From Candidatus Woesearchaeota archaeon (lineage in GTDB: Archaea > Nanobdellota > Nanobdellia > Woesearchaeales > JAGVXP01): a DNA stretch of 64,000 nucleotides. Position 1 is the first letter of the stretch. Each line of letters opens with the position of its first letter. The DNA is taken from assembly GCA_018303725.1 (NCBI GenBank), contig JAGVXP010000050.1, positions 13,579-77,578 of the forward strand, in the 5' to 3' direction. Positions 1-9,775 of the stretch are shown piece by piece. The notes beneath the pieces are model-generated. The model was not told where the DNA came from and did no database searches. It saw only the letters and a program-made list of their open reading frames with translations. A program made the position numbers and the translations under genes.

Positions 1-8
1 TTTTAAGC

Positions 9-563
9 ATGGGAAAGAAAAAAAAGATATTAATAGAGGAAATCGAAATACCCAAAGAAGTTGAGGTTAGTATAGATAAAGTCACAATCTCTATTAAGGG
101 CAAAATGGGGGAAATAAAAAGAAGATTAGCTAGCAAAAAAGTAGAGTTATCCAAACAGGAGAATAAGGTGGTAATATCAGCTAAAAAAACATCCAAAAGA
201 GAGAAAAAAGTGATAAACAGCTTTAAAGCCCATATAAAAAATATGATTAGGGGGGCAACAGAAGGCCACAGATACGAATTAAAAATATGTTCAGGTCATT
301 TCCCAATGAATGTTTCTGTTAATAATAAAGAGTTTAGCGTTAAGAATTTTTTAGGTGAAAAAATACCTAGGACATTTAAGATAAAAGAGGGTGTTGATGT
401 CAAAGTTGAGGGGGATAAGGTTATTGTTGAAAGTATAGACAAAGAGTTGGCCGGTCATGTCAGTTCTGATATTGAACAACTTACTAGAAGAACAAAATAT
501 GATACTAGAATCTTTCAAGATGGGATATATATAACAAACAAAGATGGCAAAGAATTAAAATGA
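9..563 (+). CDS. rpl6: 50S ribosomal protein uL6
   Basis: HFPMNV, NFLGEK and C-terminal DTRIFQDGIYI motifs; spc-operon position. Confidence 0.97.
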   Translation: MGKKKKILIEEIEIPKEVEVSIDKVTISIKGKMGEIKRRLASKKVELSKQENKVVISAKKTSKREKKVINSFKAHIKNMIRGATEGHRYELKICSGHFPMNVSVNNKEFSVKNFLGEKIPRTFKIKEGVDVKVEGDKVIVESIDKELAGHVSSDIEQLTRRTKYDTRIFQDGIYITNKDGKELK

Positions 564-1144
564 AGCAAGAGCTACTAAGTTTAAGGATAAAAATAAAATC
601 AAAAAAGCCGAAATTTATCAGACAGGATGCTCATAAAAAAGCTGAAATTTCTAAAAAATGGATAAGACCCAAAGGGATACATTCCAAGATGAGGCATAAT
701 TTTAAAGGGTACCGCAGATCAGTTTCAAGTGGATGGGGTTCACCAAAAAAGGTAAGGGGTTTGCATAAATCAGGATTAAAAATGGTTAACATTCATTCAT
801 TATCGGAGCTTGAAAGGATAGACAAGGGAAATGAGGGCATTATAATAGGAAAAGATGTTGGATTAAGAAAAAGATTGCTAATTGTCAAAGAAGCTGCTAA
901 TGATGGAATTAAAATATTAAATATAAGGGATGTAAATCAATTCATAAAGGATAGTGAAGAGCAGATTAAGAAGAAAAAAGAAGAAAAAATAAAAGAAGGA
1001 AAAGAGAGAAAGGAAAAAATAAAGGAGAAGGAGGAAAAGATTAAGGAAAAGAAAGAATTGGTTGATAAAATAGAGAAAGAAGAGGAAAAGATTAAGGAAA
1101 AGAAAGAGAAAGATAAAATTCTTACCAAAAAAGATTCAATGTGA
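560..1144 (+). CDS. rpl32e: 50S ribosomal protein eL32 with Lys/Glu-rich C-terminal extension
   Basis: KPKFIRQD..W.RPKGIHSKMR, GWGSPK..RGLH.SG motifs; follows uL6. Confidence 0.95.
   Translation: MKQELLSLRIKIKSKKPKFIRQDAHKKAEISKKWIRPKGIHSKMRHNFKGYRRSVSSGWGSPKKVRGLHKSGLKMVNIHSLSELERIDKGNEGIIIGKDVGLRKRLLIVKEAANDGIKILNIRDVNQFIKDSEEQIKKKKEEKIKEGKERKEKIKEKEEKIKEKKELVDKIEKEEEKIKEKKEKDKILTKKDSM
1031..1107 (+). repeat. 26-bp direct repeat GAGGAAAAGATTAAGGAAAAGAAAGA inside the eL32 tail
   Basis: Identical copies at 1031-1056 and 1082-1107 (51-bp in-frame period). Confidence 0.85.
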
Positions 1145-1146
1145 TT

Positions 1147-1596
1147 ATGATGGAACTAAAAATACAAAAAAGACTTGCTGCTGGCGTACTAAATTGCTCC
1201 GAAAAAAGGGTATGGTTTGACTCCAACAGATTGGAGGAGATAAAAGAAGCGATAACAAAAGTTGATATTAGGGGGCTGATTGATGATAATGCCATAAAAA
1301 GAAAAGCTGTAAAGGGCGTTTCAAGAGTTAGAGCAAGAAAAAGGATTTTACAGAGAAGGAAAGGAAGACAAAAGGGATTTGGCTCTAGGAAAGGTAAAAG
1401 AACGGCTAGGTTACCCAAAAAGGAAGCATGGATGGATAGGATTAGGGCTCAAAGAAAGCTTCTTAAGGAGCTGAGAATCAATAAACAAATCAATAAAAAA
1501 ACATATAGGGACATTTATTTGAAATGCAAGGGTGGTTTTTTCAGAAGTAGAAGACATATAATGTTATATTTGGAGGAACACGGCTTTAAAAAATGA
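1147..1596 (+). CDS. rpl19e: 50S ribosomal protein eL19
   Basis: QKRLAA..L.C...RVW, GSRKGKRTAR, KGGFF motifs; start ATG 1147 or 1150. Confidence 0.97.
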   Translation: MMELKIQKRLAAGVLNCSEKRVWFDSNRLEEIKEAITKVDIRGLIDDNAIKRKAVKGVSRVRARKRILQRRKGRQKGFGSRKGKRTARLPKKEAWMDRIRAQRKLLKELRINKQINKKTYRDIYLKCKGGFFRSRRHIMLYLEEHGFKK

Positions 1597-2186
1597 CCCA
1601 TAGAAAAAGATATAACGTGCCTTTTAAAAGAAAGAGGTTAGGAAGAACAAATTATAAGAAAAGATTAAAGATACTGCTATTTGGAAAATTAAGGCTGGTG
1701 GTTAGGAAATCATTGGATAATATAATGGCACAAATTATAGAATACAACCCCGAAGGGGATAAAGTGATATTGGCAGCCCATTCAAGAGAACTTGATAAGT
1801 TGGGTTGGAAGATAAACAAAGGAAACATCCCAACTGCTTATCTCGTTGGTTTATTATTGGGGCAAAAGGCAAAAAGGCAAAAAATTGAGGAATTAGTTCT
1901 TGATTTAGGACTTAATGATTCTATAAGGGGTTGCAGGATATATGCTGTGCTAAAAGGGCTTATTGATGCTGGAATAAGGATACCTCATTCAGAAGAGATA
2001 TTGCCGTCAAAAGAAAGAACAGAGGGTATACACATAGTGAATCATGCTAAAATTTTAAGGAGTAATAAGGAGGAATACGAAAAAAGGTTTGGTGGTTATA
2101 TCAAAAATAAGATAGATATTAATGAGATACCCAATTTATTTGAAGAAACAAGGAAAAAGGTAGTTGAGGTAGGAAAAAATGGATAA
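1593..2186 (+). CDS. rpl18: 50S ribosomal protein uL18
   Basis: GRTNYKKRLK, RLVVRKS, AYLVGLL, LDLGL, IPHSEE archaeal L18 motifs. Confidence 0.97.
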   Translation: MTHRKRYNVPFKRKRLGRTNYKKRLKILLFGKLRLVVRKSLDNIMAQIIEYNPEGDKVILAAHSRELDKLGWKINKGNIPTAYLVGLLLGQKAKRQKIEELVLDLGLNDSIRGCRIYAVLKGLIDAGIRIPHSEEILPSKERTEGIHIVNHAKILRSNKEEYEKRFGGYIKNKIDINEIPNLFEETRKKVVEVGKNG

Positions 2187-3003
2187 AGACGAGAACAAAG
2201 AGGAGGAAGAAATTCTAGAGATACCTGGGGAGAAGATCGAAAAAGAAATAAAAAGGGAAGGCTTTGATAAAGAGGGCTGGAAGCCAAAAACCTCATTGGG
2301 TAAAAAAGTCAAAAATAACGAGATTAATGATATTGGAGAGATATTAGATAAAGGATTGAAAATATTAGAACCTGAGATAGTAGACCTGCTCTTACCCCAT
2401 TTAAATGTGGATTTATTGTTGATAGGGCAGTCAAAAGGTAAATTTGGTGGTGGCCAAAGAAGGGTATTCAAGCAAACACAGAAAAAAACATGCGAAGGCA
2501 ATAAACCAAAGTTTGCCGCATTTGCGGTTGTTGGAAACGAGAATGGTTATGTTGGTGTTGGATATGGAAAAAGCAGAGAGACAGTCCCTGCAAGGGAAAA
2601 AGCAATAAGAAATGCTAAACTCAACATAATAAAGATAAGAAGGGGCTGTGGCTCCTGGCAGTGTGAATGCAAAGAACCCCATACTACCCCTTACAGCGCA
2701 AAGGGCAAATGCGGTTCTGTTGAGATTGTGCTTATACCTGCACCAAAAGGAACAGGATTGCGTGTAGAATCAGAATGCCAAAAAATCCTAAAATTGGTGG
2801 GGATAAAAGATGTTTGGTCTAGGACAAGCGGGCAGACAAGGAGTAAGAACAATTTGATTTACGCTTGTATAGATGCATTAAAACAATTAGTCAAAACAAA
2901 GATTCAGTCAAAAGATATTGAAAAATTAGGTATAGTAGACGGAGAGATAATTAAGAAAGAAGAAGCTGCTGTACTAGAAGAAGAGGATAAAAACGATGAA
3001 TGA
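2179..3003 (+). CDS. rps5: 30S ribosomal protein uS5
   Basis: W.PKT.LG, VGNENGYVGVG, RGCGSW.C.C, PAPKGTGL motifs. Confidence 0.97.
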   Translation: MDKDENKEEEEILEIPGEKIEKEIKREGFDKEGWKPKTSLGKKVKNNEINDIGEILDKGLKILEPEIVDLLLPHLNVDLLLIGQSKGKFGGGQRRVFKQTQKKTCEGNKPKFAAFAVVGNENGYVGVGYGKSRETVPAREKAIRNAKLNIIKIRRGCGSWQCECKEPHTTPYSAKGKCGSVEIVLIPAPKGTGLRVESECQKILKLVGIKDVWSRTSGQTRSKNNLIYACIDALKQLVKTKIQSKDIEKLGIVDGEIIKKEEAAVLEEEDKNDE

Positions 3004-3418
3004 AAATAATATAGGTTTAGAAAAAAACAGGAAATCAAAAAAGATAGCTATTATTAGGGTGAGGGGTACAACTGGGGTGATGAAACCAGTCAAAGACACC
3101 CTGAATATGCTCAGACTCTATAAGAAAAATTGTTGTGTAGTCTTAAATGATGGCCCAAATATAATTGGAATGATCAAAAAAGCCAAAGATTATATAACAT
3201 GGGGAGAGATAGACGATGAAACCTTAAAATTATTAACCAAAAAGAGGGGGGAAAAAACAAAGGACGAGGAAGGTAAAGAAACTATTAAACCTTTTTTTAG
3301 GTTAAATCCGCCAAGAAAAGGATTTGGCAGAAAAGGAATTAAATTGCCTTTCGGCGTTGGTGGAGCATTGGGAGACAGAAAAGATAAGATAAATGATTTA
3401 ATTAAAAGGATGGTTTAA
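2996..3418 (+). CDS. rpl30: 50S ribosomal protein uL30
   Basis: IRVRG, KDYITWGE, FRLNPPRKGF, GALG.R..IN.LI.RM motifs. Confidence 0.97.
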   Translation: MNENNIGLEKNRKSKKIAIIRVRGTTGVMKPVKDTLNMLRLYKKNCCVVLNDGPNIIGMIKKAKDYITWGEIDDETLKLLTKKRGEKTKDEEGKETIKPFFRLNPPRKGFGRKGIKLPFGVGGALGDRKDKINDLIKRMV

Positions 3419-3910
3419 ATGGTTGTTTATAAAAGAAAAAAGAATACAAGGCAAAGGGGCTCTCATACCCATGGCTGGGGATCCAAGAAAAAGCATAGAG
3501 GAGCTGGCCATAGGGGGGGAAGAGGCATGGCCGGTTCTGGCAAGAGGGCTGACCAAATAAAACCCTCTTTATGGAAAGAGAGATATTTTGGAAAGTTTGG
3601 TTTCAAGAAAAAGGGTGTAAAGGAAGACATAAAATCCATAAACATATGCGTTATTGATGAAAAAATTGGGGATTACATATCAAAAAAATTGATTGTAAAA
3701 GAAGATGATTTTTATGTTGTTGATTTAGAAAAGCTCGGTTATAACAAATTGTTAGGAAATGGAAGAATAAAAAGAAAGTTCAAAATAACAACGCCCTATG
3801 CTTCTAAAAAAGTGATTGAGCGAATCAAAAATGCCAATGGTATAGTTGTATTGACTAAACCACATAAATCAGAAGTTTCCCAACCTAAAGAGAAGGCAGA
3901 GGTAAGATAA
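3419..3910 (+). CDS. rpl15: 50S ribosomal protein uL15
   Basis: RGSHTHGWG..KKHRGAG.RGGRG.AG and KLLGNG motifs. Confidence 0.97.
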   Translation: MVVYKRKKNTRQRGSHTHGWGSKKKHRGAGHRGGRGMAGSGKRADQIKPSLWKERYFGKFGFKKKGVKEDIKSINICVIDEKIGDYISKKLIVKEDDFYVVDLEKLGYNKLLGNGRIKRKFKITTPYASKKVIERIKNANGIVVLTKPHKSEVSQPKEKAEVR

Positions 3911-3911
3911 G

Positions 3912-5378
3912 ATGTCTTTGTGGAGTACAATAATCAACAATTTACCTGAAGTTGGCGGCCCCACTCAAAAAAAGCTTAGCTTTAAGGAGAAGCTAAAATG
4001 GACTGCTATGATTCTGGTTATTTACTATATATTGGGCTTATTGCCCCTGTTTGGTTTAGCTAAAAATGCCTTAGAAAGGTTTGAGTTTCTATCCATTGTT
4101 CTGGCTGCCCAATTCGGTTCTATAATATCTTTAGGTATTGGCCCTATTGTTACAGCATCTATCGTTTTACAATTATTAAATGGTTCGGGTATAGTTAAAT
4201 TTGACCTAACAACAACCGAAGGAAAAAAGACCTTTCAAGGTGTACAAAAATTATTAGCAATATTTTTTATTATATTTGAAGCAACAATTTATGTGTCAAT
4301 GGGCGGATTAAGCACCGGGCAATATTATAATCCTGCAACAAATCAATTTTTAATTGAGGCTGTTCCTGGGGCAATCGCCCTTAGTGCCAGCATGGTAACT
4401 ACACTCAAATTTTTATTAATTTTCCAATTATTTATTGGAGGGATGATGATATTGTTTATGGATGAGGTGGTAAGCAAATGGGGTTTTGGTTCTGGTATCA
4501 GCCTATTTATTGCAGCAGGTGTTTCACAGAGCATATTTATACAGGCTTTTAATTGGTTGCCAGGCCCAACGGGTCTGAAAGGTATAACTTATTCAATTGG
4601 GGCTGTTCCAGCGTTATTCCAGAGTTTGGCTGCTGGTGATCCGACAACAGCCGGAATAAAACTTGCTGCCCTGATATCAACTATACTTGTTTTTGTAATT
4701 GTGGTTTATGCTCAGGCAATGAAAGTAGAAATCCCTCTAAGCTTTGGTAGAATCAGGGGTCATGGGATAAGGTGGCCGTTGAGTTTTATTTATACATCTA
4801 ACATCCCTGTCATATTGGTTGCTGCTTTATTGGCAAATGTGCAGCTGTGGGGGCGATTATTGCAAAATTGGGGGCATCCATTGCTTGGGACATTCTCTGC
4901 TGGTGGGCAACCTATAAGTGGCTTTGTTCTTTGGATACAGGGTGTTGATATAGTAAGGTCAATAATAGAGAAAAAAACATTCCTGATAGGTGCTGCTCCT
5001 TATATGCAGTCATTGGTTTATATGCTGTTTATGGTTGTTGGCTCAATGATATTTTCAATATTCTGGGTTCAAACAGCTGGAATGGATGCCAAAAGCCAGG
5101 CAAGACAGATGATGGCTTCTGGTTTGCAAATACCTGGTTTTAGGAAGGACCAAAGAGTTTTAGAAAGATTATTAAATAGATATATATGGCCGCTAACAAT
5201 AATGGGTGGTTTATCTATTGGTTTTTTAGCAGCATTGGCTGATTTAACTGGTGCTTTATCAAGAGGCACAGGTATATTATTGGCTGTTATGATTGTGTAC
5301 AGGCTTTATGAAGAAATAGCCAGGCAGCATATGATGGATATGAACCCAATGATGAGAAAGTTCATAGGAGGTATATGA
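3912..5378 (+). CDS. secY: Preprotein translocase subunit SecY
   Basis: LGIGPIVTASIVLQLL, SKWGFGSGISLFIAA, YTSNIPVIL, IPGFR, GTGILL motifs; about 10 TM segments. Confidence 0.98.
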   Translation: MSLWSTIINNLPEVGGPTQKKLSFKEKLKWTAMILVIYYILGLLPLFGLAKNALERFEFLSIVLAAQFGSIISLGIGPIVTASIVLQLLNGSGIVKFDLTTTEGKKTFQGVQKLLAIFFIIFEATIYVSMGGLSTGQYYNPATNQFLIEAVPGAIALSASMVTTLKFLLIFQLFIGGMMILFMDEVVSKWGFGSGISLFIAAGVSQSIFIQAFNWLPGPTGLKGITYSIGAVPALFQSLAAGDPTTAGIKLAALISTILVFVIVVYAQAMKVEIPLSFGRIRGHGIRWPLSFIYTSNIPVILVAALLANVQLWGRLLQNWGHPLLGTFSAGGQPISGFVLWIQGVDIVRSIIEKKTFLIGAAPYMQSLVYMLFMVVGSMIFSIFWVQTAGMDAKSQARQMMASGLQIPGFRKDQRVLERLLNRYIWPLTIMGGLSIGFLAALADLTGALSRGTGILLAVMIVYRLYEEIARQHMMDMNPMMRKFIGGI

Positions 5379-6154
5379 TGCCAATATTAGATCCTTTATT
5401 TAATCCCTTACTGCAACTATCTGCGTTTTGGATAGTGTTTATAATAAGCTTTGTTGTGGCTGTGCTTATTATTGTAATTTACAAGTTTACCACCAATCAA
5501 GATTTGATGAAGCAATTAAAAGAAGAGATGAAATCATTGCAAAAAGAAATGAAAGAGTTAAGGGCGCACCCCGAAAAGATGCAGGAAGTGCAGAAGAAAG
5601 CCATGAAGACTAATATGAGATATATGTCCCACTCCATGAGGAGCACTTTAATAACCTTTATCCCAATAATTATCATCTTTGGTTGGATGAACATCCATAT
5701 AGCTTATGATCCTCTACTGCCTGGACAAGATTTTACAACTACTGTTGTGTTCGAGAAAGGTGCTGCTGGTGGTATCACATTAAAGGTTCCAGAGGGTGTA
5801 ACCCTTAATGGCAATGCAACCAAATATATAGAAGACAGTGAAGTTAAATGGCTCTTAAATGGCGAATCTGGAGAATATTTGCTGGAATATGAGTTTGACA
5901 ATAAGGTTTATATAAAGGAAGTTTTGATTACAAATGAACAAGCATATAAACCAGTTATTAAGGGAAAAAAATTTTTTGGTGGATCTGATGGGAACTCCCT
6001 TCCAAAAGACAGCCCTTTAAAAATGATTAAAACGGATAATAAGCCAAAAAAAGTATTAAACCTATTCGGATGGAAAATTGGGTGGTTAGGAGCATATATC
6101 ATCTTTTCCTTGATATTTAGTATATTGCTAAGAAAGATATTTAAAGTGTATTAG
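5375..6154 (+). CDS. DUF106 / EMC3-TMCO1 (Oxa1 superfamily) membrane protein with a soluble insertion
   Basis: TM, coiled coil, TM, C-terminal [12 protein letters not shown]; conserved position after secY. Confidence 0.88.
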   Translation: MMPILDPLFNPLLQLSAFWIVFIISFVVAVLIIVIYKFTTNQDLMKQLKEEMKSLQKEMKELRAHPEKMQEVQKKAMKTNMRYMSHSMRSTLITFIPIIIIFGWMNIHIAYDPLLPGQDFTTTVVFEKGAAGGITLKVPEGVTLNGNATKYIEDSEVKWLLNGESGEYLLEYEFDNKVYIKEVLITNEQAYKPVIKGKKFFGGSDGNSLPKDSPLKMIKTDNKPKKVLNLFGWKIGWLGAYIIFSLIFSILLRKIFKVY

Positions 6155-6164
6155 GGTGAGGAAA

Positions 6165-6431
6165 ATGCCAAAACGCAGCTATAGATCAAGATCAATAAGA
6201 AAAATTTATATAAAAACACCCGGAGGAAAAACAGTTATTCATTATGAGAGAAAAAAGCCAAAAAAGGCACATTGTGGTAGTTGTGGCGCTATACTGAAAG
6301 GTGTTCCTAGGGAAAGACCTTACAAACTTAGAAAATTAGCTAAAACTCAAAGAAGGCCAGAAAGGCCCTATGGCGGTGTCCTTTGCTCCAAATGTGCTCG
6401 TTTATTGTTTATCCGAGAGGCAAGAAAATGA
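6165..6431 (+). CDS. rpl34e: 50S ribosomal protein eL34
   Basis: [23 protein letters not shown]; SD GGTGAGG before ATG 6165. Confidence 0.97.
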   Translation: MPKRSYRSRSIRKIYIKTPGGKTVIHYERKKPKKAHCGSCGAILKGVPRERPYKLRKLAKTQRRPERPYGGVLCSKCARLLFIREARK

Positions 6432-6889
6432 TAGAAATCGGAAGATTGTGCTTGAAAATAGCGGGAAAAGAATCCGGAAAAAAATGTGTGATAGTTGATG
6501 TTATAGACGACAGTTATGTTATGGTAGATGGTGATGTAAAAAGAAAAAGATGTAACATAAAGCATTTGGAGCCTTTAGAGGGAACAATTAAAATAGAAAA
6601 AAATGCTTCTCACGATATGGTTGTCAAGGAATTCAAGAAATTGGCTATAGAAATTAAAGAGAGCAAGCCAAAAGAAAAGAAAGAAAAGCCAAAAAAAATA
6701 AGAGGAAAGAAAGAAAAAGTTGAAGTTAAAGAGGAGAAGCCAAAAAGAAAGGCATTATTAACAGTAGGTGCTAAAAAAGAGAAGAAAGAAACAAAAGCCA
6801 AGACTACAGAGAATAAAAAAGAAAAACCTGATAAACCCAAGGAAGAAAAGAAAGTTAAGAAAAAAATTGTTAAAGAGAATAAAAGCTAA
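6428..6889 (+). CDS. rpl14e: 50S ribosomal protein eL14 with long Lys/Glu-rich tail
   Basis: [32 protein letters not shown]; ATG 6428 overlaps the eL34 stop. Confidence 0.95.
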   Translation: MIEIGRLCLKIAGKESGKKCVIVDVIDDSYVMVDGDVKRKRCNIKHLEPLEGTIKIEKNASHDMVVKEFKKLAIEIKESKPKEKKEKPKKIRGKKEKVEVKEEKPKRKALLTVGAKKEKKETKAKTTENKKEKPDKPKEEKKVKKKIVKENKS

Positions 6890-6941
6890 ATAGCCTTAAA
6901 ATAGCTAATTTTTTATACTAATCCTTATTATATTGTATATA

Positions 6942-7892
6942 ATGGCATACGCAACAGACATAATAGAGGATTCATTTAATAGAACAAGAGAGGCATTGTT
7001 CAAGCCTTTTAATTTAAAGAAATGGCTAAAGCTTGGATTTGTGTCTTTTATGGGTGCAAGACAAGGAAATCTTAATAATTTTAGGCTGGATAATAGTTTT
7101 AATAAAGTGAGTAATATCTCCAATTTCATTAAAAAGTGGTGGGCTCCCCTTCTTGGTTTTGGTGTGATGATTGGTGTTATATGGAGCGTTTTACAAAGCA
7201 TTTTTTATTTTGTGTTTATAGATTCAATAGTCAAAAACAAAGTAGAAATCAAAAAAAGCTTTAAGAAAAATGGGTATGTGGGCATTTCACTTTTTTTGTT
7301 TAGATTGACCATAGGGATGATATTCCTTACAATTATTGGATTGTTATCATTGCCTTTATTAATGCCCCTCATCCAAAATTTCAATAACCTAAGTTGGGAT
7401 ATAATAAGTATACCCTACCTTATATTGTTTATTATGTTATTTGTGGTAATGATTATTTTTCTTGGCCTTATTCATTTTGTTGTTAACAACATGGTGGCTG
7501 TTGATATGTATTATAGGAACATAAAATTTACTGCAGCATGGAAACAGGTTATTAAACTGGTCAAGAAAGAATTGAAAGAGGTATTTATATATTTTTTAAT
7601 GAAAATTGTACTGGGGATAGCTGGTGGTATTTTAGCTTTGATATTGATTCTGCCTTTAATGGTGATAATGTTTGCCTTCTTTTTTATGGTGGGTATTGTT
7701 GGTGCCTTCAGCCAATTCTTAGCATTACCTACTACGTTGATAGTGATATTTGTTGTTATAGGTTTTATTGGCTTACTAATATTTGGGTATATAGCAGCTG
7801 TTATAACATTGCCAATAGATGTATTTTTCATTAACTATATGCTTTTATTCTTTAATAAATTGATTGAGAACAATAAGGGATTACTGCATTGA
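6942..7892 (+). CDS. Multi-pass membrane protein of unknown function
   Basis: About 6 hydrophobic segments; no family-defining motif recognised. Confidence 0.75.
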   Translation: MAYATDIIEDSFNRTREALFKPFNLKKWLKLGFVSFMGARQGNLNNFRLDNSFNKVSNISNFIKKWWAPLLGFGVMIGVIWSVLQSIFYFVFIDSIVKNKVEIKKSFKKNGYVGISLFLFRLTIGMIFLTIIGLLSLPLLMPLIQNFNNLSWDIISIPYLILFIMLFVVMIIFLGLIHFVVNNMVAVDMYYRNIKFTAAWKQVIKLVKKELKEVFIYFLMKIVLGIAGGILALILILPLMVIMFAFFFMVGIVGAFSQFLALPTTLIVIFVVIGFIGLLIFGYIAAVITLPIDVFFINYMLLFFNKLIENNKGLLH

Positions 7893-9533
7893 CTCAAACA
7901 AATTGGTTAGATTTAATTCAAATCCGACAACAGGAACCTCTAAACCATGATTGTCAAGAACATTTGGCGAAATCTCTCCAATATAAGCCACTTTTTTTCC
8001 ATTAACTATTACTCTGCCAACCCTGCCAGGGATAAAACTGTTATGCTCTGTTTCCTCTATAGTATATTTTAAATTTAAGGCTTTCATTAAAGAGTCTAAA
8101 GCCTGCCTTATTTCTGTATAATCAGCAACATTATTAGCTGAAACTAAGGCAATTCTTCTATAATCTCTAATTTCATCCCCTTTTCTAACTGCTACCGGGC
8201 CTTCTTCAAATATTTTTTGCGGATATTCAGAGTGCTTATTCTTTGACAGCACATCTAACAAAACGGGCAATATCCATGTTCTCAAGCAAGAATATGTCTC
8301 TGACATGAAATTTTCTATTTCAACAGTCCCAAAATCCCCTATATCTGCTTTTTTATAAAGAATTTCTTTGTTTGTTAAGATTGGGGAAATAATCTCTTGA
8401 TAACCTAAGCCTATAATAGTGTCCCTAACCTTATCCACAAATTCTATAATTTTAAATGTTGAACCTACCGTTAAGGTTGTTAACGGTAACTCGTTTATTT
8501 TATCGTAGCCATAAGCTATGGCAATATCCTCTATTATATCAACTGGATGCAGAATATCTCCCCTGTAAGGGGGGATCTTTATTTTACCAGCAAGATAGTC
8601 ATATTGCATTTTTTCTAATAACCTTTTTATGTTATAATCCTCCAAATCTAATCCCAGGAATGAATTTATCATTTCTTTCTTTAGTTTGATTGTTTCATCA
8701 AACAAATAGGGTGTTGTTATTGTTTTTGTTGGGTATTTAACAGCAACGGAATATATTGTAAAGCCCCTCTCGTACAAAGCTTGTGCAAATATATTTGTTG
8801 CTAACAAAACAGCATCCAAACTAGTGCCAGTAGCCTCAAAGAATAAATCCCCATCCCCTTCCTCTATTTTACCCGTTGTTGCTGAGTTAATAATTGGGGG
8901 GAAGCTTAAAACAGAATTTTTGGAATCAATTAATATGGGATATTTCTTTGCATCCTTTAAAATCCATGCATAATCCTTCCCTTTAGGATGTTCTTCAACT
9001 ATTTCCTGCTGTGTCATCTCTTTCCTGAAATCAAGAGGGATAAATTTTACAGATTCGGGATCGGTTGCCTTATAATAAACAGGGAAATTAATTTTACCAT
9101 ATTGATAAACACCAATTGCTACCTTTTCCCTTCTTCTTCCATAATTCTCGCATAATTTTTCCTGTAATTCAATCATCTGTTTTATCAGATAATCATTAAT
9201 CTTATGGCCCTTTGCAACAAAAGCAGCAACATATGGCCTCACATTACTCACTGACTTATCAACTATAAGCTTATAATCTGATTTGTTTATTTTTATTTTT
9301 GGAATTCCTTTCTGCTTTCCTAAAATTCCCTTAAACAGTCTAGCAACTCCCTCTACAGACCACAAGTAAGGCAGGTTTGTATCGCCAAAATCAACCTTAA
9401 CATCATCACTAGCTTTATTATAGCCTTCAAAATCTCCTTTGCCATATTGGGCTAGCTCTTGAACCTCATCAACTGACAGTTTTTTGCCTACCAATTTGTT
9501 TAAATCTTTTAATGAAAATGTTATTGTTGGCAT
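7881..9533 (-). CDS. pheT: Phenylalanine-tRNA ligase beta subunit (archaeal type)
   Basis: MPTI start, LWSVEG.AR, VLSFPPIINS, PPYR.DILHPVD.IED.AIAYGY motifs. Confidence 0.97.
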   Translation of the reverse strand: MPTITFSLKDLNKLVGKKLSVDEVQELAQYGKGDFEGYNKASDDVKVDFGDTNLPYLWSVEGVARLFKGILGKQKGIPKIKINKSDYKLIVDKSVSNVRPYVAAFVAKGHKINDYLIKQMIELQEKLCENYGRRREKVAIGVYQYGKINFPVYYKATDPESVKFIPLDFRKEMTQQEIVEEHPKGKDYAWILKDAKKYPILIDSKNSVLSFPPIINSATTGKIEEGDGDLFFEATGTSLDAVLLATNIFAQALYERGFTIYSVAVKYPTKTITTPYLFDETIKLKKEMINSFLGLDLEDYNIKRLLEKMQYDYLAGKIKIPPYRGDILHPVDIIEDIAIAYGYDKINELPLTTLTVGSTFKIIEFVDKVRDTIIGLGYQEIISPILTNKEILYKKADIGDFGTVEIENFMSETYSCLRTWILPVLLDVLSKNKHSEYPQKIFEEGPVAVRKGDEIRDYRRIALVSANNVADYTEIRQALDSLMKALNLKYTIEETEHNSFIPGRVGRVIVNGKKVAYIGEISPNVLDNHGLEVPVVGFELNLTNLFESMQ

Positions 9534-9535
9534 TT

Positions 9536-9775
9536 TTACTTCCTAACCAAAATTCTGATTAAATTGTATAATGCAAATACCGCCCATATCGCCTGCAAAA
9601 TGATGAAAGGTATGCTTTTCAACGTAAATGAATAGTATGCCAGTGATGCTCCCCCAATTAAATTTAGCAAATTATACAATTTTGAGTCTGTGTTGATTTT
9701 TTTAGATATGTTTAGTATAAAAGCTGTTAAAATAAACAACAAACCAGTATATCCGAAGTATATTGTGTTTACCAT
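9536..9775 (-). CDS. Small 3-TM membrane protein (CBU_0592-like)
   Basis: 79 aa hydrophobic; G..G...IL.AF and YN.LNLIG pattern; abuts pheS and pheT. Confidence 0.7.
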   Translation of the reverse strand: MVNTIYFGYTGLLFILTAFILNISKKINTDSKLYNLLNLIGGASLAYYSFTLKSIPFIILQAIWAVFALYNLIRILVRK

